Assembly: GCA_044225505.1 (NCBI GenBank)
Contig: JBGAIN010000054.1
Span: forward strand, 1-44,433
Direction: 5' to 3'
Origin: Limisphaerales bacterium
GTDB lineage: Bacteria > Verrucomicrobiota > Verrucomicrobiia > Limisphaerales > SIBE01
Length of the DNA: 44,433 nt
Both the position numbers and the translations under genes were made by a program. Below are positions 1 through 8,458 of the stretch, in pieces. The first letter of the stretch is position 1. Every line of letters begins with the position of its first letter. The notes under the pieces are model-generated. The model saw only the letters and a program-made list of their open reading frames with translations, did no database searches and was not told the origin of the DNA.

Positions 1-1259
1 GCGTCCATCCATGTCAACTGTACTCCTGGTTCACCGGCAGCCAGGAGACCGTCGCGGTCAGCGCGAATTCCAAACCGGGTGCCTTGCTTGTACCCTTGAA
101 CGATAGCTTCTATTGCCGCCAATAGAGTCGACCGCGTCTCGTCGCTCTGACTGTGAGTAAGCTCTGCTGTTTGCAGAAATTCGTAAGCCGCCACGACAAA
201 CCAGAGTGACGCGTCAACCGCATTGAACTCGGCCTGCCCGCCCTGGTCGGGAAAACGATTGGGCAACATTCCTGCCGAAATGGCAGAGGCCCAGCTTGTC
301 AGAATATCCCGCGCGTCGTCGAACCGACCTGTCGCCAGACAGAGACCCCGGATGGCAATTAGCGTATCGCGCCCCCAGTCCGTGAACCACGGATAACCGG
401 CAACAATGGTTCTCCCTTCGGATCGCCGAACCAGGTAGGTATCCGCGGCCCCGTGCAGCGGGGTGTCAAACCGCGACCGACGTTCGTGCTCCGTTTCTCG
501 CAGCTGCTGGAGGAGTTCGATTGGGCCGACATTGACAGGAAACTTCGCTTCGGCATGCAATGTCGTGGTGAAAACGAGTGCGGCGTCGCCTTGCTCTAGT
601 TTCCATGAAAATACGCCCGGGGCAGCTAGGTCTTCCTCGCAATCCAAGCCACGTGCGCGCTCTTCTTCGTAAAGGAAGTTATAGTACCAGAGCGGCTCGT
701 GATGGTAATGGCCGTTACTTAATGCCATCACACCTGGCGCGCCTGAATAAGGGCACCATGAAACTCGATCCAATCCTCGCTTAGCCTCGAATTGAAACGC
801 CGCGTTCTTTCGGTGTAATGAATGATAGTCACGCCCGGAGAGGAATGGACGGAGGTGGAGTGTCGCGGGCGTGGACCGGTCACGCAGCCTCCACCGCAAA
901 CAGGTAACAGGCTGATCTTTGACCACGAAAACTTCTTGCTCGAGTTCCGTTCCGTCGTCGAGGCGGTAGATCCAATGCGGCCAGGGATAAGCGGTGAAGT
1001 TCTTGATCCGTTGCCAGCCGTTTCCAGCAACGACGCCCGGTGTGTAGTTCTGGGAGGAAATGGGGAACGTTCCGTTCGGTGTTTCAACCCAAGCGTCGAA
1101 GCCATTCACAAGCACCATGCGCCCCGTAGGGGGAGTAGTCGCAGTTAACAACAAGGCGTGATAGCGGCGGGTCCGGATCCCTGTCGAGGTTCCTGAGGCG
1201 AAGCCACCCAAGCCGTCAGTCTCAAGCCATTCACAGGCGTTTAAAGATGTTTCGCTCAT
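1..1259 (-). CDS. Glycogen debranching enzyme / amylo-alpha-1,6-glucosidase (3' end runs off the window)
   Basis: Not in the ORF track. Manual minus-strand translation from ATG 1259 gives MSETSLNACEWLETDGLGGFASGTSTGIRTRRYHALL (GDE N-terminal motif), then TIVAGYPWFTDWGRDTLIA, MLPNRFPD, NAVDASLWF and QLTWMDA at the window edge. Confidence 0.93.
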   Translation of the reverse strand, partial: MSETSLNACEWLETDGLGGFASGTSTGIRTRRYHALLLTATTPPTGRMVLVNGFDAWVETPNGTFPISSQNYTPGVVAGNGWQRIKNFTAYPWPHWIYRLDDGTELEQEVFVVKDQPVTCLRWRLRDRSTPATLHLRPFLSGRDYHSLHRKNAAFQFEAKRGLDRVSWCPYSGAPGVMALSNGHYHHEPLWYYNFLYEEERARGLDCEEDLAAPGVFSWKLEQGDAALVFTTTLHAEAKFPVNVGPIELLQQLRETEHERRSRFDTPLHGAADTYLVRRSEGRTIVAGYPWFTDWGRDTLIAIRGLCLATGRFDDARDILTSWASAISAGMLPNRFPDQGGQAEFNAVDASLWFVVAAYEFLQTAELTHSQSDETRSTLLAAIEAIVQGYKQGTRFGIRADRDGLLAAGEPGVQLTWMD

Positions 1260-1364
1260 CGTTGGGGAAGGCCAGAAGCCTTGTCTGCCTTTCTTGGGCA
1301 TTGCGCCGTTTGGCCGTTACCATTGAGTAGGAAGGAAAAGTCGTGGAGTCGGCACGCGGGAAGT

Positions 1365-2297
1365 TTAGCCGCCTGTCTCGAAACCAGGATACAGCGTCAT
1401 GCCGCCGTCTACGAAGATGCTTGCCCCGTGAATGTAGTCTGAATCGTCGCTGGCTAACCAGACGGCAGCGCGCCCAATATCTTCAGGTTCACCGATTCGC
1501 TTGTAGGGAATAAGCTTCATGAGCTCGCGGTATGCTTCCGGAGTGCCCCACGCTTCCATGTTGATGGGCGTGCGGATGGCCCCGGGGCAGACCGAGTTAA
1601 CGCGGATTCGATACGGCGCGACTTCCTGGGCGATGCTCTTCATCATCAGCATGACGCCGCCTTTGCTCGCCGCATAGTTCACATGCCCCGCCCAGGGAAT
1701 CACCTCATGCACGGAACTCATACAAATGATCTTTCCGGCGGCGCAGGAGACCTCAGGTCGTATTCCACGACGTTTGAACTCGCGGATAGCCTCACGTGCG
1801 CAAAGAAACTGACCGGTTAGATTCACGTCCAGGACGAAGCGCCAATCAGCCAGCGTCATTTCCTCGATGCGTGCGTCCCTTTGCAGGCCGGCATTGTTGA
1901 CCAGGATGTCGATCGTTCCAAACTCCTGAATCATCTTTTTGAACATCGCTTGTACTTCATCCTCGCTGGCGACACTTGCTTTGTGGGCGTAGACGTTCGC
2001 ACCACTCCGCCTGGCTTCCTGGACGACCGCTTCGGCAGCATCCGGACGGGAGACGTAGTTGACGACCACGTCAGCTCCGGCTTTTGCGAGGGCCAGGGCC
2101 ACGGCCTGACCGATCCCCGAGTTGGCACCCGTGACCAAGGCCTTCTGGCCTTTGAGGACTCGGTTGATCGGGAGGGCTGGCATGACGGCTTCCGGCAAGT
2201 TTTCGTCGCGCAGATGCTGTTGCATCAAGTCTTCTTCCTGTGGCGACATGGCCATCGCGCGGCCAGGTGGCATTTTGATTTCAAATGTATTGTTCAT
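1365..2297 (-). CDS. Glucose 1-dehydrogenase, SDR family
   Basis: TGANSGIG Rossmann motif, NNAG, SSVHEVIPW, YAASK, C-terminal DGGMTLYPGF. Start placed at ATG 2297 (MNNTFEIK) rather than 2501; a later start is possible. Confidence 0.9.
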   Translation of the reverse strand: MNNTFEIKMPPGRAMAMSPQEEDLMQQHLRDENLPEAVMPALPINRVLKGQKALVTGANSGIGQAVALALAKAGADVVVNYVSRPDAAEAVVQEARRSGANVYAHKASVASEDEVQAMFKKMIQEFGTIDILVNNAGLQRDARIEEMTLADWRFVLDVNLTGQFLCAREAIREFKRRGIRPEVSCAAGKIICMSSVHEVIPWAGHVNYAASKGGVMLMMKSIAQEVAPYRIRVNSVCPGAIRTPINMEAWGTPEAYRELMKLIPYKRIGEPEDIGRAAVWLASDDSDYIHGASIFVDGGMTLYPGFETGG

Positions 2298-2580
2298 CGT
2301 GTTACTTCGAATTTCGCTGACGTGTTGGTGTTGCTGCTTGCCTCGATGGGTCGCGGTGGCGGAGTATTCCTTACAGCTAAGAGAATGAGTCCGACGCCAT
2401 AGGGCGCATCGTTCGTGACGGGTGGAGCGCGATCTGTTCGTCAGCGAAGAGATGGCTCGACACACCAAAATTGAGCGAGGAACGTTTCGGGAATGCTCCA
2501 TCGCGCGGACTTTGGTTTGGGCGCAACGGAGCTATGGATTCATGGCGCGGAGTGGGAAACATTTCCGAGCTCAAATGTTG

Positions 2581-2612
2581 TGTAAGGTTGAGAGATCATT
2601 TGTCGACTTACA
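2581..2612 (+). promoter_or_regulatory. Putative ECF-sigma-type promoter (TGTAAG-N18-GACT) overlapping a TGTAAG/CTTACA inverted repeat
   Basis: TGTAAG at 2581-2586, GACT at 2605-2608, CTTACA at 2607-2612. It lies upstream of the zf-HC2 gene, and the same geometry recurs at 24849 and 13253. Confidence 0.4.
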
Positions 2613-2671
2613 GTTCGAGCGAGTGGAGTCGGCAGGGAACAGAATTTGCGTCCGAGTCCGATCCTTGAAAA

Positions 2672-2989
2672 ATGGAAACTCGTATGCAGCGCCCTGAAAG
2701 CCCTCTGAATAAACTGAAAACTGCGATTCAAACCATGTTTCTGAGCTGTCGCGAGGTCGCGCGGATGCAAACGAAGGCTCTCGACCAGGCGCTCGGGAGA
2801 CGCCAGCGCTTGGCCTTGCAACTGCATTTGCTGGTGTGCAGTTGGTGTCGCCGGTACGGAAAGCAAATCCGCCTCTTGCGAAAGGTGAGGCTCGAGCAAT
2901 CGGAGCCCTTGTCTCAACCCAACGCGCCATCATTAACACGGGACGCACGGGAGCGGATGAAACGCGTGCTCGATCGGAGAGACGAGTAA
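2672..2989 (+). CDS. zf-HC2 (ZAS) zinc-finger anti-sigma-factor-like protein
   Basis: LSCREVAR...LQLHLLVCSWCRRY gives C...HxxxCxxC, followed by the typical LTRDARERMKRVL tail. Start could be 2672, 2684 or 2735. Confidence 0.85.
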   Translation: METRMQRPESPLNKLKTAIQTMFLSCREVARMQTKALDQALGRRQRLALQLHLLVCSWCRRYGKQIRLLRKVRLEQSEPLSQPNAPSLTRDARERMKRVLDRRDE

Positions 2990-3200
2990 ATGACCTATGC
3001 ATCAATGTTCAATGACGGTTTCAATCCGGGGGACCTTGGAGCGATGAAACCTCCTTGGAATGGTCCGACGGTGCAAGCTTTCCCGCACCTGTTTCCGAGC
3101 CCGTCGGGGGCGCGCGCTTTGTTTTGGAAGTGAGTCTAGACGACTTGCTCATGCATCCTTGCAGTCGTCATGCAATGTAAAACTAGATTGAGAATCCAAT

Positions 3201-3767
3201 ATGAAACTTCGTGATCAAATCAAGCTTGGCTGGGTAATTTTAGCGGTCGTTTTGCGGATCCATACCAGCGCGGCTGAACCACCCAAGGTCGGCGAAAAAG
3301 CCCCGGAGTTCAGCCTGATGACCCTGGACAACCAGCGCATTCAATTAGGCGAACTGACGGCGAACGCCAATGTTGTTATCGTGGTGCTCCGCGGTTGGCC
3401 CGGGTACAATTGTCCCTTGTGCACGATCCAAGTCCAAGACCTCCTTGACTCAGCGGATGAGCTTTTGAAAAGGTCCCAAGTATTGCTGGTCTATCCCGGC
3501 CCGAGTGAGGACTTAAAAGCGCATGCCGAAGAGTTCTTGAAACACAAGCAGTGGCGGAACGATTTTCGCTTTCTACTGGACCCGGATTACAGAATGGTGA
3601 CCTCATATGGATTGAGGTGGAAAGCGCCGAATGAAACCGCTTACCCAGCGGCCTTCATTTTGAACAAAAAGGGGATTGTCTCCTTTGCGCGAGTGAGCCG
3701 AGGTCATGGCGGTCGGACTGAGGCTAGCGAATTGATTAAGGCGCTGAGTCAATTCGGGGAAAACTAA
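3201..3767 (+). CDS. Secreted AhpC/TSA-family redoxin (peroxiredoxin-like)
   Basis: Signal peptide, VGEKAPEFSL, RGWPGYNCPLC (CxxC), LLDPD, YPAAFILNKKGIV. Confidence 0.88.
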   Translation: MKLRDQIKLGWVILAVVLRIHTSAAEPPKVGEKAPEFSLMTLDNQRIQLGELTANANVVIVVLRGWPGYNCPLCTIQVQDLLDSADELLKRSQVLLVYPGPSEDLKAHAEEFLKHKQWRNDFRFLLDPDYRMVTSYGLRWKAPNETAYPAAFILNKKGIVSFARVSRGHGGRTEASELIKALSQFGEN

Positions 3768-4045
3768 TGGCTGTGAGCCGGGCATAACGCCGCGGAGCAG
3801 ATTTACTCCTTCAGATCCACTCAGCGGCTGACGTGGATGGCAACGTCATAGTCGCCAGACCAAGCCCGGTTAAAGATCGTCCTGCGATGTCCCGTTTTCC
3901 CACGGGCGGGGATTGGCTGTTGAAACTAAGACGCTATGACTGATGGGGAACTTCTCCGCACTTGGTCCGAGCAAGGCTCGGAATCGCCTTGGTCGAGAGT
4001 GTAATTCTCCCTTTCAATCTTCCTCAGTGGGCGCATGATCTAGTC

Positions 4046-5494
4046 ATGCGTCTCCCCGTTGTTGTCCTTGGCCGCGCATTTGCGTTCACACTTCTGACCA
4101 CAGCCCGACTCAGCGTTGTCGGAGAACTGAAGGATCCGGATATCTCGGCTCCTGCGAATGGTTCCGGCCCAGTCCAAGTGGTGACCTATCCTGCTCCTGC
4201 GAATGAGCCCCGGTCTGCGGACTATGAGATAAGCGTCAATGGTCAATCCGTTGACGTTTCGATGGCGCGAGTTCTGGACGCCCCCTTTGCCGGGAAAGAA
4301 TGGGACTACGGGGGGGCTTACTCTTTTGCTAACTTCGATTTCGCGGGGCCTGTGGAAGTTCTGATCCGGTCCAAGCGCGTCCTCGACCAGACCGTGATTC
4401 GTCCGGCCTCCGCGGTGGACAGTTTGATGCACGACGGACCGTACCGGCTGCGTTTGACGCTCGTGAAGCCGCGCTTTTTCAGCGTGGAACCTGAGGGTCG
4501 CAAAGGACCGTTGCTACTGTTCGCTAACCCGCTTGAGGTAAATGCTCCGGTCCCGGGAGCACCGGGAGTGGTCTACTACGGTCCTGGCATTCACTCCGCA
4601 GAAAGAATTGTTCTCACGAATCACCAGACACTCTACCTGGCTGGCGGCGCGGTGGTGAAAGCGGGCGTCGTGGCGGAAGGGGTGAACATCCGCATCGCCG
4701 GGCGCGGCATCCTTGATGGTTCGGACTGGCCGTGGCTGAAGGGGCCGACTCCGCACGTCCTCTCTTTGCGCGGGACGAATTTGACGATTGAAGGCATAAC
4801 GATTCGCGGCGCCTCGCATTGGACTTTGGTGCCACGCCAGAGCCGCAATGTTACCGTCCGTGGGGTGAAAGTCTGCGGAGGGCGCGTTCAGAATGACGAT
4901 GGCATGAATCCGTGCAATTCTCAGGATGTCCAAATAACGGACTGCTTCATTCGCAGCGACGATGATTGCGTGGCCCTTAAAGGCTTGGATTCCTCCGCTT
5001 CCAACAGCAACGTCGAACGCATTCTCGTCCAGAACACGGTCTTTTGGTGCGATCGTGCGCGCATCTTCCTCTTAGGCCACGAAAGTCGCGCAGCGTTCAT
5101 GCGTCAAATTACCTTCCGCAACCTTGATATAATTCATTTCACCATGACTCCGTTTCTGTTCGAGCCTGGGGAAGAGATGCGTCTGGAAGAGGTTTTGGTT
5201 GAGAACGTCCGTATCCACGGGGAAGGCCAGCGTGAGCTCATTCGCCTCAAACCGGTGGTGAATCAATACATGAAGAAGAAAGTTCCTGGGCATGTCCGGC
5301 AGATTACATTCCGGAATCTTGAGGTGGAAGGTGCCCCTGGCGAATATCTCATTCAACTGGAAGGAGCTGATGAAGACCATGGCGTACGCGATATCACCTT
5401 GGAGAATCTTAAGGTCCGCGGACAGTCCTTGGCGCGGGGGCAACCGCGATTGCAGGTCGGCGCCCATGTGGATAATGTGATCGTGACGCCTTGA
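4046..5494 (+). CDS. Glycoside hydrolase family 28-like right-handed beta-helix protein
   Basis: YYGPGIH, LYLAGGAVV, IAGRGILDG, NDDGMNPCNSQDVQITDCFIRSDDDCVALK. Start placed at ATG 4046; the ORF track starts at TTG 3962. Confidence 0.85.
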   Translation: MRLPVVVLGRAFAFTLLTTARLSVVGELKDPDISAPANGSGPVQVVTYPAPANEPRSADYEISVNGQSVDVSMARVLDAPFAGKEWDYGGAYSFANFDFAGPVEVLIRSKRVLDQTVIRPASAVDSLMHDGPYRLRLTLVKPRFFSVEPEGRKGPLLLFANPLEVNAPVPGAPGVVYYGPGIHSAERIVLTNHQTLYLAGGAVVKAGVVAEGVNIRIAGRGILDGSDWPWLKGPTPHVLSLRGTNLTIEGITIRGASHWTLVPRQSRNVTVRGVKVCGGRVQNDDGMNPCNSQDVQITDCFIRSDDDCVALKGLDSSASNSNVERILVQNTVFWCDRARIFLLGHESRAAFMRQITFRNLDIIHFTMTPFLFEPGEEMRLEEVLVENVRIHGEGQRELIRLKPVVNQYMKKKVPGHVRQITFRNLEVEGAPGEYLIQLEGADEDHGVRDITLENLKVRGQSLARGQPRLQVGAHVDNVIVTP

Positions 5495-5823
5495 GCGGAA
5501 TCGCTGGCTCACGAATCCACGCACTCGCGTCGGCGGCCTGCGGCGTAACTTCCAGATTCGTTGGATGGTCAGCGGCCGTCCGGCTGCCAGCCGATTTCGG
5601 AATTTGCAGCGTTGGGTGGTAAGTCTCAAGGCTGTTGAAATTCATGACGGCTGCGCTAAGATCGCCCGCAACGGTGACACCAGAATCCATCGGCTCGGCC
5701 ACGCTCAATGGCGGCTCGCCTTTCCCTGGCAAATCCCGGTAGATTTGGGAGACAGGTCTTGCGGCCAGCACTCGCGGTAAGACAAGCTCGATGGCAATCG
5801 GCGAATGACAACTGATTAATCCT

Positions 5824-7407
5824 ATGGGCCTGCTCAACGTTTTTCAACGCGTCTCGCAATCGCCCACAAATCCGCATTCGGCAACGGCGGCGCGTTCGTT
5901 TGACGTGGCTGACCTTTATCGCGGACCCGTTTCCGGACAGACTGACGGTCAAGGCCAGGGCGCTACTGCGTTGGATGAAAAATTACGGCAGGCCTATTTC
6001 TGGATCGTGAACACAGCGATCATTAGTCCCCACTACGATATCGAGTACAATGAAGGCCCGCCCCAGTCCTTCGTGTTGGGTGACAGTCGCAGCCGCTTGG
6101 TCCTGCCATCTGGGCAGTGCTACTCGAGCTTTATACTTTTGCCGCTTCTCACGTTTGCCACACGGCGCAAGTGCCTTTTCGTGGGCGGTCCAGGTCGGGG
6201 CAAGACCGCGAGCGCGATCCTAATGGGAGTCTTGGGAGGCTATTCGGTGCGCGAGGTGCGGCGCGCGATGCAGCATGGTCACCCGCAGATGACGATCGCG
6301 GATCTTCTTGGCAATCCTTTGCCGGCTGACCTGGTCAACGCGCAGCGTATCGAGGACATTCGCATCTCGTGGCGGCAGTGGCTCGGGATGCGAGTCAAAA
6401 TTATTGACGAGTACAACCGGATCCCAACACGGACGCAGAGCGCGTTGCTGACGGTGATGGGCGACAATTACGCGGAAATCCTGAACCACGTCTTTGAGTG
6501 TCCGGACGCAGCTTGGTTTCTGACCGCCAACGATGATCAAGGTGGCGGCACTTACCAGGTCATCGAGGCGCTGCGCGACCGTATCGACGTCGTTGTCCAG
6601 GCTCTCGCATTCAATTCCCGCTTTCTCGGGGATCTGCTCACCCGCATCGAGGAAAACATTCGTCCGGAGGAAGTGGTGCCTCGCCAGATCGTATTCGCCG
6701 ATTCGGAAGTGGACCGTATGCAGGAGGAAATTCGCGCCGTTGCTGTCCCGTCCGAGGTTCGGCGCCGGTTGGAGTTTTTCGCAAGCCAATTTGAGTTTTG
6801 CGAAGTCGCTGCAGAGCAATTCGAGTATAAGACCAAGGATACCGTGCGTCTGTCCGGCATCGAATGGCACACGATTTCGTCGCAGGAAACGGGCCGCGAC
6901 CGTCTGAAAGACATTGGTTGCCAAACGAAGAATGGCCTGTCCGTTCGCGTGTTGATGACGCTGCTGGTTTATGCAAAGGCCCTTGCTTACTTCCGCGGCA
7001 ACCGGATAGTGGATTTGGAAGACCTGCGACAGATTCTTCCGTTCGTGTTGCACGATAAACTCGTCCCGGATTTTGAGGCTCCGTTCTTCGATGCCCCAGG
7101 CCAAGCGGTCTTTCGCACCGACCGCATTGGTTGGCTGAGGAAGATCTTCGACCTAGCAGGCGCTGACTATAACCGGCTCGACTGTGATCGCGAAGATCCG
7201 GTGGCTGAATTGGCAGCGGAGTTTCGCCTCGGCTTGGACGGATTGAGCGAAGGCGACACGCGCAGTCGGTTGGTTCGAATCGAGCGGCTAATTGGCGATT
7301 GGTCGAAAGGGAGGAAGCTTTACGGTCATCTTTACGATGATCTGCTCAAACTTAAATACCTCCACCAACGCTACACCAACTACCTGCGGTGGCTTAAAAC
7401 CCAGTGA
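5824..7407 (+). CDS. MoxR-like AAA+ ATPase with N- and C-terminal extensions
   Basis: Walker A GGPGRGKT, Walker B KIIDEYNR, TQSALL, sensor-1 LTAN, GTY..EALRDR arginine finger, LSVR sensor-2 region. Confidence 0.88.
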   Translation: MGLLNVFQRVSQSPTNPHSATAARSFDVADLYRGPVSGQTDGQGQGATALDEKLRQAYFWIVNTAIISPHYDIEYNEGPPQSFVLGDSRSRLVLPSGQCYSSFILLPLLTFATRRKCLFVGGPGRGKTASAILMGVLGGYSVREVRRAMQHGHPQMTIADLLGNPLPADLVNAQRIEDIRISWRQWLGMRVKIIDEYNRIPTRTQSALLTVMGDNYAEILNHVFECPDAAWFLTANDDQGGGTYQVIEALRDRIDVVVQALAFNSRFLGDLLTRIEENIRPEEVVPRQIVFADSEVDRMQEEIRAVAVPSEVRRRLEFFASQFEFCEVAAEQFEYKTKDTVRLSGIEWHTISSQETGRDRLKDIGCQTKNGLSVRVLMTLLVYAKALAYFRGNRIVDLEDLRQILPFVLHDKLVPDFEAPFFDAPGQAVFRTDRIGWLRKIFDLAGADYNRLDCDREDPVAELAAEFRLGLDGLSEGDTRSRLVRIERLIGDWSKGRKLYGHLYDDLLKLKYLHQRYTNYLRWLKTQ

Positions 7408-7432
7408 TGCCGTCCTGGGCCAGGCGCGACCA

Positions 7433-8458
7433 ATGCCTATGGTAAGTCCAACGCTGACATCCATACTTCGTTCGGGTCGGACCGAGTTCAACGCGCGCTT
7501 TGCCGCGGCCCGCCGCCTTTATCCGGACCTCGATCCCGGAGCATTCTCAAGCTTCATGCAAACGGGCATCGACGATCTGGTGTGCGCCGTGGCCAAAGTC
7601 CGGGCTGAACAGGCCGGTGCAGTCGCGCTCGCAGCGTATGATGCGGGCCTCGCGCTAGTCGGCCAAAAGTTGATGGGACCCAGCGCCCGCAGCTCCGTCT
7701 TAGAGGAAGGCTGGCGCCGCATCCTGCCGCAGATCGCAACCCTTGTTGCGAGTGGGGCGGGGCGTTTAATTCCCGCAGTCTGCAATGCGCTTCATCAACT
7801 TGTGTCCACCCCGACCGCCCGGCCGAAGCAGTGGATTGATCTGGTCGAGCAACTCGGGCCACAATGCGTCGATCTTGATAGTTTTCTAAGACTTGGCCAG
7901 GTCTGTGCCTGGCGAGCTGGTCTGGCGCATTTTCGCCATGGCGCCTTGCTGGCTGCCGACGCTTTGCCGGAGGCTATGGCTTTGACCATCGTCGGTGCCA
8001 AGCCTCATACAACGTGGAGAGAGACACGAGCCCAGTTAGTGGCCAGCCCTTGGTTCGATCCCGCAAATCCGGTCCAGGATGCGTCGCTCGTCCGGGTCGC
8101 GTCTCAAGTTGGTGCCTTCCGCGGTTTTGGAGGGCTGTTCGTAGAACCGCCCACCGTGGCGGCCATCCAACAGGATTTCTTGGTCCGAGCTAACGGCGAT
8201 TGTTGGTTACTCAAAGCGGATGCGTTTGGCGCAACATTTCATCGAGCTTCCGTCGGCGACTTCGAGGCTGCCGCAAAACAGGTTCAGCTTCCTCCGGGAC
8301 TTAGGTTAAGCGGCGGCACCGTTCTCGTCCATGGCGCCCGATGCGAGCTCCCTCCTCTCGGCGAGATCACTAGCGCTGCGGGCAATGACACGACTCTCTC
8401 CCTGACGTTTTCTCTAACCCACTCTGTGGTGCTCGTTGCGCTAAAGGGGAACGGATGA
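7433..8458 (+). CDS. Hypothetical protein (helical N-terminal region, beta-rich C-terminal region with GAFRGFGGLFVEPP)
   Basis: Fills the gap between the ATPase and vWA genes, and its stop overlaps the next start (ATGA 8455-8458). Start placed at ATG 7433 (7439 possible). Confidence 0.8.
   Translation: MPMVSPTLTSILRSGRTEFNARFAAARRLYPDLDPGAFSSFMQTGIDDLVCAVAKVRAEQAGAVALAAYDAGLALVGQKLMGPSARSSVLEEGWRRILPQIATLVASGAGRLIPAVCNALHQLVSTPTARPKQWIDLVEQLGPQCVDLDSFLRLGQVCAWRAGLAHFRHGALLAADALPEAMALTIVGAKPHTTWRETRAQLVASPWFDPANPVQDASLVRVASQVGAFRGFGGLFVEPPTVAAIQQDFLVRANGDCWLLKADAFGATFHRASVGDFEAAAKQVQLPPGLRLSGGTVLVHGARCELPPLGEITSAAGNDTTLSLTFSLTHSVVLVALKGNG

Noticed and set aside
2298..2501. 68-aa N-terminal extension of the glucose dehydrogenase
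   Set aside because: It reads like translated intergenic sequence; a downstream ATG is more plausible.
5409..5837. Minus-strand 142-aa ORF, or other short ORFs here, as a radical SAM precursor peptide
   Set aside because: It overlaps both flanking genes, has no recognisable motif and is on the opposite strand from the operon.
6220..7104. Long antisense ORFs (also 27830-28627, 28691-29515, 42779-43705 and others)
   Set aside because: These are shadow frames of well-supported genes, as expected in GC-rich DNA.
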